A DNA stretch of 63,610 nucleotides, filler included, from Chiloscyllium plagiosum (GCF_004010195.1; 4 parts of 2 records of this genome joined end to end with filler, not necessarily neighbours in it), one strand, 5' to 3'. Positions 38,806 through 52,769 are shown, counted from the whole stretch's first letter. The notes: generated from the sequence alone by a model not told the origin. Numbers and translations are program-made.

Positions 38806-41424
38806 TGTTCATAAAACATCAAGGCCTCATCTGGGCAAATGCACAGAACTACACTGATGATGGGTTTTTAATATTGACCACACTGGAGTTGCAGGGTTGA
38901 TGAGTGTGTATTTAATTAAAGTCAAGCCACTCGTTACCCACTTTCCTCCATTCAGCACCAGGTCACATTTAGCAGAAATATGCCAACACTGTCCTGGGTC
39001 TTTTGAAACCTAACATAAACTGTGTAGCCAAGGATGAATAATAGCCACTTATGTATCTTCATTGGTGTGTATGCCTCATCCCTTTTGCTTCACTAGTCTA
39101 TACTACCATTCTAGATCACACTGAAGTCTCCTGAAAGGGAAATCTTTTGGCATTGACGGTTCTCACAACCAGCTCTCTCCTGGGGCGGCTTGCACTATCA
39201 TTTGCCTTGTGTAGGACCTGGCAGGATAGCAGGTCCAAAAAAAGCAGAGAGTCTGGTGCAACCATAGCCATGCTGCTTTCAGTGGGCTTCCACTCAGATT
39301 AAGGAGAGAATTCAATAGAATGCACCATGATACCCCCAAAAGGAAATTTGGTGTCTTACGATGTGCTGTGATATTCTGTCTACTACTTTAACACTGCTTT
39401 ATCCTTTTTTGTCAATAGGTTAATATCTGCACAATGGTTAAATATTTGCCATACGCATATTATCAGCCTACTAATAACTTATTGTTTCATTATGATAGAC
39501 TGTTCAATCTTAATTATTATACCGTGCAATTTTATGTGAATTAAGCAACTTTCATTTGCAAATCTCTCAGACCCCAGACTATTGATCCTCCATCAAGAAA
39601 TTTTTTTGAAACATATGCCTTTGATTAACCTTTTCGTTTCCCTTCCTTATATATCCTTCAGCTCAATATTGATTAATTTAGGTGCAAATGTTTCTGTGAA
39701 ATGCCTTGGTTTATTATCCTACATTAAGGGGTGCAATAAAAATTAAAATTGATGTAGTATTTTAAAATGTTACAATAATTATAGACATTATAATACAACT
39801 TGTTCTTTTATGGAGTAAAATTATTGTTTTTGTGGATAAATTTAGACTTCAGTACCAAATTACCAATTTTCCAATATACTGAACTTACTGATACCAATTA
39901 TCAACACATAGCTTAATTTCACATTTTTATTATTTAAATTGTTGCTCCTTTGATACGAAGTGAATTATCTCAATTAGGATTATGATCACATTGCTGCATT
40001 CTGATGATATTTTATATGTTTATTTTGCATTAATAAGATATTCTGGAAATAATAACACACTTAATGACTTTACCTTCACTGTTTCTTCGATAATGATAGC
40101 TTCTCAAATGTCTATGATAGATCAAGGATTTATTTTAAAGAGAAACACTAACTGCAGCTTTTTTTTTGTTCAAATAGAATATAGCACAGATGATGGACTC
40201 ACGTCATAGAGATGGATTTGGTGGAAGCGGGGATTATTCACCAGAAAATAGGAGGGTGCAGCTTTGAGTCCTTATGCAGATTTCCCAAAACCTGTGGGAT
40301 AATTCTTTTGCATAATTGTAATTATTGTCAGCATGTTAATTATGGCTTAATTAAATCAGATAAGATGCTAATGAAATGCTCAGTTACAAATCATGTTTTG
40401 ATCTCTGTAGCTCATACTTCAAATTTCTGCTTCTCCCACTACTCACTGCTGATCTCATTGTCAATCTGTCCAGCAGAAGCCTACTATAAAGTCACATACC
40501 TTATTTGTTGACTGCATGCAATGAAAGTGCAGACTTAGTCAGCCACAGAAAGAAGAATCACAACAAGTCAAAATGTCATTTACTAGTAGAGCTTGAATAG
40601 CCTATGACAGTATATGGATGAGGTGTGTGCAACTGTGTGGCTTTTGTGGAGCCCTGCTGGTGCTTTCTAATGTGAAGTGTGATTATCATAATGTTCTGAC
40701 TTGATTACACTAATTAAAATTCAGTTACCTTAATTCTCCAAATGAAGGGACAGCAAAACCCATCTAGGTAGTGCTTTACTGGGACATTTCAAAGGGTTAT
40801 GCCAAACAGGTAAACTGGAGTTCCTGCATTGATTAGAGAAATGTGAATTTAGGTAACCTAATCCCCCAATTAAAAAGAAGTTTCTTTTGACAATTTCTTA
40901 GCAATGATGTACTATTACTGCACTGCATTTGGATCATTGCCAATACAGGAATAGTTTAGAGGGACAGAAATCAAACAATTTCAAAATTATTGAAGTGCAG
41001 AGAGTCAGGAAGTAGCACATCATTTGCTTTTCTGTCAATTTAGGGTCCTTTTTAATCAACTTTGTGGAGCATACTTTAAGTCTTCTTTCAGATGGCCTTG
41101 GAGAAAAATTAAGAAGATGGAAGCATATCTATGACAATGACCTGAGACTGTATTGAACTATTGCTGCTACTGTGCTTTTACAGCAACAACATGATCTTCC
41201 TGTTACTGCTTTGGATAGTTTGGCTTTTTTAACTGGCCTGTAATTCACTTTGACCATCATGTGGAACATCACTGGATACCAATCTCAGTAAATGATGTTC
41301 CCATTAAGCAATCCCTGAGAGCTATCTGGTTAAAGGTACAAATAGATCTCATTTAATGTAAAGATTAACACCACAACTTAATCTAATGGACGAGTGGACC
41401 GACTAGTTTCTCAAAGGAGAGACT

Positions 41425-41470
41425 TGTTGCCAAAGCTTTTCATCTTGCATCCATCAGGACAAATGCAAGG
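41425..41470 (-). mobile_element. PLE-type terminal relic with hammerhead-like core (further family)
   Basis: Minus strand gtcCTGATGGatgcaagatGAAAagcttt; core degenerate. Confidence 0.4.
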
Positions 41471-43133
41471 TAATCTAACTTTAAATAAATGCAACAACTT
41501 GCACGGCAGGAGAAAAGGGGCACACTTTGGTTGTGAAGTCAGTGCTGATGGTTTGAGGGATTGCCAAGGAAACCATGATACACACAAATAGACTTCCCCA
41601 GCCTCCAGGTAATTCAGAAATATGAAAATGTTCAGCAGCTTGCCTGTCTTTTTGGCAAAATTTCATGTTTCATTGTTGGTGAGTTTGCAGGTGAAGGGGT
41701 CCATAATATTCCTTGGACTGTTCGGTTAGTTTCCCAATTGCCCTGTCTTTCTGCAGGTTTACCTAGGCTTACGCCAGCCTGCCTGCTGTTACTCCAATTT
41801 ATAGTACAATGAGAAATAACATAATGATCTGTGCAGTGCGGGATCAAGCATGAAGTCCTGTAGGTGAGCCCTTTGCTCACCTAACACATGAGTAGTGATC
41901 AACACGGGATCAGTTAAGATTGATCAAACAGTAGTTGTGGCCTTTAAGTCAGCAATTAATCACCACTGTAATGCCATTTCCTGGCCTAGTCTAATTTTTG
42001 GGCTGTCAGGGGTTCTGTGGCAGGGGAATGCCCAGACCATTTTTCAGCCCAAATACTTGGTGTGTAGAATGGGACTTCCATTAACAATCTCTTTTAAACA
42101 TCATCCTCGCCATGCCCCACTCAGTCTTGGCATCTACAGGTGCCTCCTCTTGGAAGACCTCTCTGTCAACATGCCCACCCTCCTCCAACCTTATCTCCTT
42201 ACCCTGGTCACGGACTCCTGAAACTGAAATCTAAGGGATTACTTGCAGTCTCTGTCCTTTCTAGTGCAGCTCTGACATTGGCGTAAGCCTCAGTGACAGG
42301 TTAGGCAGCAGTTCTCAAAGGTGGGAATCCACCTGTATGAGGAATAGAAGTCCCACCTTCATCAGTTAACAGGGCATCCAATACTGGCAACGATGCATTT
42401 GCCATATACTCTTCAGGTGACAGGAAGGAAACTCCCCCTCCACCCTAGAAATCCTGACCAAAATGTGTGAAGGGAAGAAAGAGATGTGTGAAAATACTAC
42501 TGAGCAGTTTGGCATGCTCCAAGCTTTGGTACAATCAGGTGATAAGAGATAAACCTACATCTTCTTTTCTACCTTTTGAGTTGGTCACGTCAAATGTGCA
42601 AATTCTTTTTACAATTTGTTTCCCAATTAACCACTTTTGCTGTATGAGGGAAAGTACAAATTGCAATGTTTTCTCAAGATAAAGAAGGAGCAAATTTATT
42701 TCCTGATAACTGCAAAATAAAATAACCCAACAATGCCATGTGTATGGCCTTCATGTAGTCACTTGGGCCCATGTATGTACACACAAAGATAATAAAGCTT
42801 CCTATCCAGTACAATGGAAGATGAAAGGATATTTAGTTTAAAGTCCTCTGGGTGTTCTTGAGATATGAAGTTTTAATTTTAAACCAAGGTTGGTGGTTTG
42901 TTTCTTGGACGCAGTCAGCAGTAGTGAATGTTGCGGTTATTTTTCAAGATCTTGATTTGCTAATCCTTCTTTCCTCTAGGTGCTTTCAAAGAACCAGTTT
43001 TCTTTTTGACATAAAAAAGAGCTTTCTCAACCTTGTCCAGTTTCACATTCTTAATTGCATCATCTCTTGGTCCATTGAAAATGTTCTTTGGAAAAGAAGC
43101 TGTTGGTTTATTACGTTCATGGTGATTGTTTTC

Positions 43134-43342
43134 TGGCTTGTAATTGCAGACAATGATTCTTCTCCAACATGTGAAGATTTTCATAATGGTGTAAATCAAA
43201 TATTGGCTTGTAATTGCAGACAACGATTCTTCTCCAACATGTGAAGATTTTCATAATGGTGTAAATCAAATATTGGCTTGTAATTGCAGACAATGATCTT
43301 CTCCAACATGTGAAGATTTTCATAATGGTGTAAATCAAATAT
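43134..43342. repeat. 70-bp tandem triplication
   Basis: tggcttgtaattgcagac starts at 43134, 43204, 43274; copies are near-identical. Confidence 0.95.
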
Positions 43343-43763
43343 GAAATGAAGACTTTTTTCATGCTTACAATGGGTTATGTCTAATTTAATTGTTCTTGAA
43401 CAAAAAAATCAGTTTAGACTGTCTTATATTTAATAAATATTGTTTTCATTAAATTTGGCCAACCTGTGTCAATCAAATGATTTCTGTGAACACTTCAGTC
43501 AGTGTTTAGCCGCTTTTGAAAATAAACTGTTTCTGTCCCTTTAGGTCACCTGTTCACTCTCACTCAGTAAAACTTTACTAAGCAGAGTAAACCCCCCATC
43601 AACAAAATAACCAATACTTTATTCTGACTTTAAATACTTCATCCATAAAGTAAGATCATAATTTAAAGTAAGATAAACAGGTCACCAAATTCTGCAAAAT
43701 AGTTGTGTAGTGTGGTAAAGTACAAAGTTATCAATTCAACTTAGCCAAATGGTTATTGCATTC

Positions 43764-44238
43764 TGTGATGATACTATGGCTTGAAGAGGTCTATTTTGTC
43801 CAAATTTTGTTTTATGAAGAAAGATTGAGACAGAGGCACAGAACAGTCTGCTCAAAGCCAGTAAAGTCAACAGCTTGTGAGGACTTGTTTTGAAGTTGGA
43901 ACCACAGAGGCAGCCTGAAATGGATGGGGTCAAGCTCCCATAGAACCAGGACTTTTAGATATAGTTTTCTTCAGTTGCTGGGGTCTTGAAGCTGCATTTT
44001 ATATACAATGTTGTTAAACATTTAAATAAATTTACAGTTAAGCCAATTCTTTTCTTTTATTTTTATTTTTCTGTATTTTAACTACAACATAAAAGTAAAG
44101 TTTATTTTACTCAAAGTTGGGTGGTTTCACTAATTGAATTGTATCTGGAATGCAATGCCTTACATTTGCCTTTAAAATAAGATAAATTTAGGGTCTATAC
44201 TATCTTATTAATATAAGGGTTTAGCTTGGTCCATAACA
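43764..44238. mobile_element. Solo LTR with 4-bp TSD
   Basis: TG...CA ends (tgtgatg...cataaca) flanked by attc at 43760-43763 and 44239-44242. Confidence 0.75.
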
Positions 44239-45066
44239 ATTCTTCCAAATGTTGTAGCATGCTGTCTATTATTGATGCGCAGGAGCCATTTAAACTCACC
44301 TATCAGATTTGTGCCATACATTGTTTGATTCACTACTAAAACCTGATTCATGATATCAATTGTTCATTTACATTCTACATTAGGTTCATCATTTTATCTT
44401 CACATTCAGGAGTGAATAATAACTTATCTGAGCTTGGAATTGTGTGAACTGTAATGTAACCTGTGATAATAAAGGATTTAAATCTATAGGAAATTCAAAA
44501 CTCCGTATCTTCAGAAGGTTCAAATTACAGTGGGCAGTGTTATTATTTGAGAATCAACTTCAATCAGCAAGCTCAGATTGAATGGAAAAAAGACTTTCTT
44601 AGATTTTTGTAACTGCTACTGGTTAACATTTTCCATTGTCTTGTGGCATTCTCGATGTCATTGGTTTGATGGAATAGTCTGGGAAACACTCTACCACCTT
44701 TTGACTAGTGGCCATATTACTCACTACTGGTTTCAACAAGACACAAAGTGAAGCAGAAATATTATTTATTTACTGATCTTGCTCTAGAATGCCATGTGCA
44801 CACAATACATAATCTTTGCTTTTTGTAAATTACAGTTTTTAGTTTTCCGTCATTATCAGCTCTTCAACTTGAACAGATGAAATTCAGTGCTGTGTTGTTC
44901 TGAAACAAGACTAACTTGGAAATAGGGATTACTGCATACAATTCTCATTATGCCTTTGTCACTTATATTTATTATGTTATGTGACATTTTCATTGATTGC
45001 TAGTTAGCACATATACCTAAGTCTATGAAACTGTTATTGAAGTTTTATTTAAGTTGATTGTATCAT

Positions 45067-45698
45067 TGTTATGGACTAGACCAATCCCCTTTGAAAATAT
45101 ATTAAGAATTTAGTGTAGAACCTAACATTTTCTTATTTTATAGCTAAGTGTAATGCATTGCGTTCCACAGATGATTTGATTGGTCAAACTACTCTAAGCA
45201 AAACACAGTTTTATTTTGCACTATAGTTAAAATATAGACAAAATAAAAATAAGACAATTGTCTTAACAATAATTCTATTGAAATGCTTAACAAAATAATA
45301 TATATTTAAATTACCATTAATTAACTGTACCACTATAGTAAAATCCTATAAATGTACCCATGGTAAAGGCAAATTCAATAAAATAGATTGCTACACATGC
45401 AATTCTAGCAACAGGAAAAGAACCCCAGCTTTTAACTCTAACAGAGAGAGGAATAAGAGCTTCGACATCCAGCTTTAAGATCCCAGCAACTGTAGAAAGC
45501 TAAAACAACAAAAAAATCTGGTCTGTGGGAGCTTGACCTCACCCGTTCAGGCTGCTTCTATTGTTACAACATTTTTTAAAAAACTAAGGCATCACAATTT
45601 GCTTATTTTATTTTTTTAGCATAGTGCTTTGTGCCTCTGTCTCAACCTTTCTTCATAAATAAACAAAATATACTCCTGAAAGCTATCACATTGTCACA
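45067..45698. mobile_element. Solo LTR of the same family, opposite orientation
   Basis: Starts tgttatggac (reverse complement of the gtccataaca end of 43764-44238), ends tgtcaca; no clear TSD. Confidence 0.65.
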
Positions 45699-46339
45699 CC
45701 TTACAAATTCCTCTGTGAACAGTCTCTTTAAAATGATGGAGCTCTTTGGGTTCTCCAACAATCCCTTGAGTGAAGCAGTCAGGAACCCCTTGAATCTGCT
45801 GGGGCCATCCTGATTGCAAGGTTTGGTGACATGTTGCTAGACAAAGTACAGTTGAAAAGATCTTCACTGGTAGCATATGCAAAGGAAGATTATGTCTCAC
45901 TGATTGCAAAGATGAAGAAAACAGTAATAGCAAAGGCACTCTTGGCCATTGTGATTCAAGGTGACAGTGAAATATTACTACTAACCTGTCAACATGTGGA
46001 AGATGCCTTTCCTGTAAGGCACACGTATTAACATAAATCATGTGCAACTTCTTCTAGGCTTCATTTGCCAGATCCTGTGATAATGTAGAATGGGTGACGG
46101 AGACAGTGTTGTGCGTCTGAAATTCCCAAATCAAGAATCTGCACAGAGATGTCAGATGCATGAAAGTTGTTGGGCAGTTCTGTTAGAACAGAGGTGCCTT
46201 TGCAGTGCAGCATCTTTAGGATACCCCCTGCTCATCTCAAATAGGGAAGCGGATTGGAAAAGTATCCTAAAAGTAACCTGGTTCACTTCTTCTTAGTTGG
46301 AAAATGACTCCCTGCAAGATTACCATCTTCATGACAAAA

Positions 46340-46860
46340 GAAAGAAAATTCTAACATTTGCAACTTGGAATATTGGAACATTTCCTGTATAATTTTGTTG
46401 TTAGACTTGCATCTTAAAAATGACTATCTATAAAAAAGAACTGCAATTTCACCTTGTGAGCTATGAGATTCAAAATATACATTGCTGCCCTCTGTGAGAC
46501 CTATATATTTGGGGAGGAGCAGCTGAAGGAACAGGCAGTGAGTATATTGGAAAGGCCTGACTGACAGCAAACCTTCACAATTGTAAAATATCACACAATA
46601 CCGGGTTATAGTTTAACAGGTTTATTTGGAAGTACTAGCTTTTAGAGCACTGCTCCTTCATGTTGGACTATAACCTGGTGTTGTGTGATTTTTAACTTTG
46701 TCAACCCCAGTCCAACACCGGCATCTCCACGTCAATTGTAAAGTAGGTGCTGCAATCCAATTTAGGATCTTGGCTGCAATGCCTGAACTCCCCAGTTGTA
46801 TAAATTAAAGACCCTAGACTCCACACCTCCAGCAATTAGTTAAGGTATGCAATGCACTGT
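46340..46860 (+). mobile_element. Old RTE-clade LINE, APE endonuclease remnant
   Basis: ILTFATWNIGT, IAALCET, GEEQLKEQ in broken frames. Confidence 0.7.
46588..46732. mobile_element. Fold-back PLE-derived insertion (family C) with 10-bp TSD
   Basis: caattgtaaa at 46578-46587 and 46733-46742; inverted arms tcacacaataccgggttatagt / actataacctggtgttgtgtga. Confidence 0.8.
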
Positions 46861-46934
46861 CAAGACAAGCCATTGAAGGAGATACTATTGAGACATTCAA
46901 GAGGGCTGTGGAAGAGTATTTGGATCATTCGATT

Positions 46935-47235
46935 TGGATATTTTGATTCCAGCCATAGGTGGATGTCTGAGTGGAATTTGCGCATTCTCATTGTATTTAC
47001 ATGGGTTTCTACTGGGAGTTCCAGTTGCTTCCCAAAGATATGTAGGTTAGGCAGATTGGCCATACTAAATTAAAATTGTCTACAGCATTCAGGGATGTGT
47101 AGGGCTATGTGGTTTAGCCATGGTAAATGTAGTGTTATGGGAATACAGTATGGTGCTGGGCTTGGGTGTGATGGTCTTTGGAGGGTCTGTGTAGACTCAA
47201 GCAACCAAATGGCCTCCTTCTGCATTGCAGGAACA
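46935..47235 (+). mobile_element. Degenerate HE1-type SINE
   Basis: gtggaatttgcgcattctc, attggccatactaaatt. Confidence 0.7.
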
Positions 47236-47931
47236 GAAATAAAATGCCAGGTTATGGAGTAAAGGCAGGAAATTGGTGCGATGATGTCCATTTGAAGAAC
47301 TGATGCAGGTAGCATGAGTCAAATCGCCCATTTCTGCACCATTATACTTCTGTGTTATTTCTATAATATGTAGTCAATTAGTCACAGTTCAGCCATACTA
47401 ATGTGGTCAAGTGTCAAGCCAGACATTCTAAATTGAGCTGTAGAAATCGGCCGATCAGAACATTTGCCACATTAAATGAAACACCAACCAGCAGCCATCG
47501 GCAACAGAGAATAATAGAACCAATGACAAAAGAGGCTACAAAGGTTCATGGGGAACCACTTACAACCAGCCTGGGGGTTGTGTATTGGAGACACATCCAC
47601 CAGACTTGCTGGCACCTTGACATCAAGCCAGTGCCTGAGGATGTGCCCTTTTACACCTCCCTTATATGGCAATAGTGAAGGGTTTTGGCATGATTCCATT
47701 CGATGCTTTGAACCCGCTAATGATCCCATTGGTCAAAGGCCACAGAACATTCTGGAAGATCCTGCATGAGACAGGATAAGAATACACATCTGGAAGCCAC
47801 ATCCACAGCAAAGACACACAGCAAGACTTGTGGCAGAAGAGCATGTGACAACCTACGAATATCCCAGGAGAATATCCACCCTGACCTGCAAGATCCACCT
47901 TTGTGGAAGAGACTCAGGTCTATGTTGGTGA

Positions 47932-48943
47932 TGAGTCATAGAGATGTGTAACATGGAAACAGACCCTTCAGTCAAACCCGTCCATGCTGACCAATTATCC
48001 CAACCCAATCTAGTCCCACCTGCCAGCACCTGGCCCATATCCCTCCAAACCCTTCCTATTCATATACCCATTCAAATGCCTTTTAAATGTTGCAATTGTA
48101 CCAGCCTCCACCACTTTGTCTGGCAGCTCATTCCATATATGTACCACCCTATGCATGAAAAAGTTGTCCCTTAGGTCTCTTGAATATCTTTCGCCTCTCA
48201 CCCTAAACCCTGCCCCAGGGAAATGACTTTGTCTATTTATCCTATCCATGCCTCTCATAATTTTGTAAATCTCTATAAAGTCACCCTTCAGCCTCCAACG
48301 CTCCAGGAAAAACAGCCCCAGCCTATTCAACCTCTCCCTCGAGCTAAATCCTCCAACCCTGGCAACATCATTGTAAATTTTTCTGAACCCTTTCAAGTTT
48401 CACAACATCTTTCCGATAGGAGGAGATCAGAATTGCACGCAATATTCCAACAGTGGCCTAACAAATGTCCTGTACAGCCGCAAATTAACCTCCCAACTCC
48501 TGTACTCAATACTCTGACCAAACGCCTTTTTCATTATCCTATCTACCTGTGACTCCGCTTTCAAGGAGCTATGAACCTGCACTCCAAGGTCTCTTTGTTC
48601 AGCACACTCCCTAGGACCTTACCATGAAGTGTATATGTCCTGCTAAGATTTGCTTTCCCAAAATGCAGCACCTCACATTTATCTGAATTAAACTCCATCT
48701 GCCACTTCTCAGGCCATTGGCTCATCTGATCAAGATTTTATGGTAATCTGAGGTAATCTTCTTCGCTGTTCACTACACCTCCAATTTTGGTGTCATCTGC
48801 AAACTTACGAATTATACCTCTTATGCTTGCATCCAAATCATTTATATAACTGACAAAATGTAGAGGACCCAGCATCGATCCTTGTGGCACTCCACTGGTC
48901 ACAGGCCTCCAGTCTGAGAAACAACCCTCCACCACCACCCTCT
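47932..48943 (-). mobile_element. HER1-like CR1 3' fragment
   Basis: [31 protein letters not shown]. Confidence 0.92.
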
Positions 48944-49699
48944 GAGGGAGATGCCAACAACCCAGTTCAAACACATGAATGATTATGGTTAATATTTTAT
49001 CTCAGACGGATAGAGTTAGACATAGTAAATTTTGTGGGAATTTGAGAAATGCTCTAATGGTGTTTATACAAGGAACATTTTATTAATGAAATTGAGTTGA
49101 ACTGCAAACCGAATTCTGTACCCCTTTAGCTATCTTACCAACAAGAGTGTTTAGGCAAAGTTTTTTAAATATATAAACTGGTTGAAGTGTCCATAGCATG
49201 GACAACATTTATTTGTCAACACTTATCTTGGATGAAGATATCACGGGAATGTTTTATTTTGCTGCTATCCCAAATGATGGAAAGACCATCTTTTGAGGGA
49301 TGTTAATGTTCAAATTGACTGAGACTCCAATGCTGGCAGAGGAATCGTTGGGAAAAAGTGGAATGGGAAAATCCAATGCAAGTGACATCCTCCCACTGCC
49401 AATGTGTGGTCAGGCTTGCCTCGTTATAAGAAACATTGCCTTCTGCAAGAAAGACAAAAATGACACCTCATGGAGGCATCATCGGTCAAAGCATTGGTAT
49501 TCTCTGGGTTACGTCACTGGTTGAGTCAAAGTCAACTGTCTTGGTCCTTGGTTGCTGCCTGACAACTGTGCTTTTCCAACACCACACTTTTTGAATCTAA
49601 GTCTGTGTTGCTTAACCCTTGCGGGAGACCAGTGCTGGTTGGATAGGTTATTGTATTGTTCGATTGGTAATGAATATTAACTTTGTGCAAAATTAGCAC

Positions 49700-51180
49700 A
49701 ATTCCAACAGGAAACAGATCAATGTATTAGACCTAAAACAGCTCAACTGAAGAGAGGAATTCCAAAAATAGTGCACAACCAACCTGGAAAATCTTCACAC
49801 ATCACATTCCATTTCAGAGAAATCTCAAATTAAATGAGTAGTATCAAGACAATCCTGTCCAGTGTTGCGTTCAAGGATCATCGATCATGAGGATTGTTTT
49901 GATGAAAATGATGCAGAACTGAGAGTTCCGACAACCCAACAAGCAGACCTCATTTCCTGGCTGAGCAACCCAAGCTCACAATTCAAGCATTCCAGAAGCT
50001 TAAGGTCGATGCTGAAGTTCAGTCTAAAACATGAATGGACAGGCAAGAGAGAGCCCAAGAAATCCATTGAAATGTTGACTGCTGTGATAAGGCAAAGCTT
50101 TGGAAAGCCATCGGGGTCATCTGTCGTCCAAAATTAAATGCGTAAATTCCCCTCCACTTACAAGGTGATGTCTCACTTTTTCAGGGTATTAAAGCTATTT
50201 CTCAATGTCGGCAAAAAATATTTCCAGTAATTACTATGGATTTATAATGGTAGCCCCCAGGACTCTGTGGTGGGATCTGTGGGTGAATCACCACTGATGG
50301 GACAGCTGCAAGAAGCAATCAAATGGATGAGGAACAATAAACTTTCAACCCCAATGGTATTGTAACTGAGGTCTTCAATATTAGTGAGTTTTTGCTCATA
50401 TCCAGACTCCATGCTGACATTGTTCGATTTGTAAATGAACTTCTGTACACTCCCCAAATTCAGCAATGTGACAATTGGAACCATTTTTGAGAAGTGAGAT
50501 AAATCATGCCATAGAAACTATTGAGATATTTCTCTGTTTTCCAAAGGAAGGAAATTCCTGACATACATTCTTCTGAATCATCTGTTTCCAGTGGCTGAGG
50601 AAACCCTGACAGAGACATTGTGAATTTAGATCTTCCATAGGAAGAACTAACACATTTTCTTTGTTGAGAGTGTGTTGCTGGAAAAGCACAGCTGGCCAGG
50701 CAGCATCCAAGGAGCAGGAGAATCAACGTTTCGGGCTGTAACCCTTCATCAAGATGAGAAACCATTGGGCTCCGACCCGAAATATCAATTCTCCTGCTTC
50801 TTGGATGCTTCCTGACCTGCTGTGCTTTTCCAGCAACACGCTGTCAGCTCTGACTTCTAGCATCTGCAGACCTCACTGTCTCCTATGTTTTCTTTATTGC
50901 AAGAAATCAATTGTAAAAACATCAGAAACTCCTTGTTGCATTCATTAACTTGATCAAAGCATTTAAAACCACAAATCATGAGGCTCCGTAGGTTGCTCTC
51001 CAGGAATATGGATGTCTATTAAACTTCAAAGCAACCTTGCAATTGCATCATGATATGATTGCAACCACCATGAGTGGGAGATTGAAGCAGGCACCTTCAA
51101 AACAGCTGAGGGGAGCACAAAGAAAACATATTCTCGAACATGTCTATTCATTAAAACTGAAGTACTTACGTAAAGTATGA
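49700..51180 (+). mobile_element. Old RTE-clade LINE, linker and RT remnant
   Basis: HEDCFDENDAEL (WFDEND-like), LQEAIKWMRNNK, LVAFINLIKAFKT (AFIDLTKAFDT-like). Confidence 0.7.
50667..50887. mobile_element. Fold-back PLE-derived element (family A) with 12-bp TSD
   Basis: ttttcttt(g/a)ttg at 50655-50666 and 50888-50899; minus strand cttgatgaagggttacagcccgaaacgtt. Confidence 0.8.
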
Positions 51181-51248
51181 TTTGTCTGATTAGCACACAA
51201 AGCAACGCTTTTCACTGTATCTTGGTACGTAACAAGAATAAATCATAT

Positions 51249-51670
51249 AGGCTAGGGCTGTTTTCCTGGAGCATCGAGGCTGAGGGGTGACCTTATAGAG
51301 GTTTATAAAATCATGAGGGACATGGATAGGGTAAATAGATAAGGTCTTACCCCGGGGGTGGGGGAGTCCAGAACTAGAGGGCATAAGTTTAGGGTGAGAG
51401 GGGAAAAATATAAAAGAGACCTAAGGGGCAACTTTTTCACAGAGAGGGGTGTGTGTGTGTGGAATGGATGGCCAGAGGAAGTGATGAAGGCTAGTCCAAT
51501 TGTAACATTTAAAAGGCATTTGGATGGGTATATGAATAGGAAGGGTTTTGAGGGATATAGGGCAGGTACCAGCAGGTGGGACTAGATTGGATTGGGATAT
51601 CTGGTTGGCATGGACGGGTTGGACCGAAGGGTCTGATTCCAGGCTGTACATCTCTATGACACTATGACTA
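51249..51670 (+). mobile_element. HER1-like CR1 3' end
   Basis: ESRTRGHKFRVRGEKYKRDLRGNFFT; tail ctatgacactatga. Confidence 0.92.
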
Positions 51671-52769
51671 AATTGAATCAAATCCAATCAATATAAACAT
51701 ATCAAAGCTCTCTTTGAAATGTGGCACGGTCACACTAACAAACTATTCATTTAGAGTGCATTTTAAGTACTTGCTGGTATGTTCTTCCTAAATTCCTTCT
51801 TGAATTTATTAATGACCATCTCAAATTTATAATCCCCTAATTTGCAAGATATCTTTTGCATTCTGGAGGCAGGAACTTGGCCAAAAATTATAGTGACTTC
51901 AAAGTGTCATCACTAATGTGTTGCAGAGCAAAAAAAAAGAAAAGAAATCCTTTGGAAAACACTTAATGAGATCACAAATGATCAATTTCAACAAATTAAC
52001 TGGGATGAGAAATTAAACCCACAAGCTTGCTACGTCAAGAAACAAACTGACAGTTATCAGGCAATGCAACAATGGTAATACAACAAGCAGGAACACTAGT
52101 GCTTTGGTTTATGGTGATTATATTTAAAAAGAAAAGAAAATTGCAATGCTTCACATAATAGCAGACTAACAGAGAAAATAAAGTTGAACATGTATCAGGA
52201 CAATTTCTAGTCATAGATTAAATGAAGGTTAAAATATAATCTGGTAGTGTGCTCCATACCACAGTATGGTTTTTCTTTATAATAAACTAAACACGTTTGC
52301 TGAACAAAGGATCTAAAGGTTTGACCATATGGAAGAAACTGGGCTGAATTTTCCAATCTAGATACAGTGCCACTAACATTGGGCTGGCTTTAAAAGTGGC
52401 TGAGCAGCCCAGATTTTGGGATTTCCATCTGCATTCTCCTCACCAGCAATGTTGAACAGCATGGAATTTGTATACTGGGTGTGAGCCTGGACACAGCTGT
52501 CTAGATGTTACTGGTTCTATTGCAAGGATAGGCTTTCTATATGTCCTGCAATTTTGACAGAACTGCACTGATTTTTGAACACAGTGTGGTCCACCCCATG
52601 CCTGAAATATCATGAACAATAGTTGTGCCTTATCCCAAGACAGGAGCCTTTTCATGGGTAAGTTCAAAAGATTTTAATGACTTCATGTCATAATAAATTG
52701 CTGCCTGATGATTTAATATATTAATTGATGATGAGGAAATTATTATTGCATTATCTGGATTGCAATGTT

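Noticed and set aside
40160..40209. Possible terminal exon after a T-rich tract and AG, reading EYSTDDGLTS-stop
   Set aside because: Too short, no recognised protein and no partner exons; needs RNA-seq.
43134..43342. CRISPR-like periodicity
   Set aside because: Head-to-tail repeats without unique spacers, in a vertebrate, with no cas genes.
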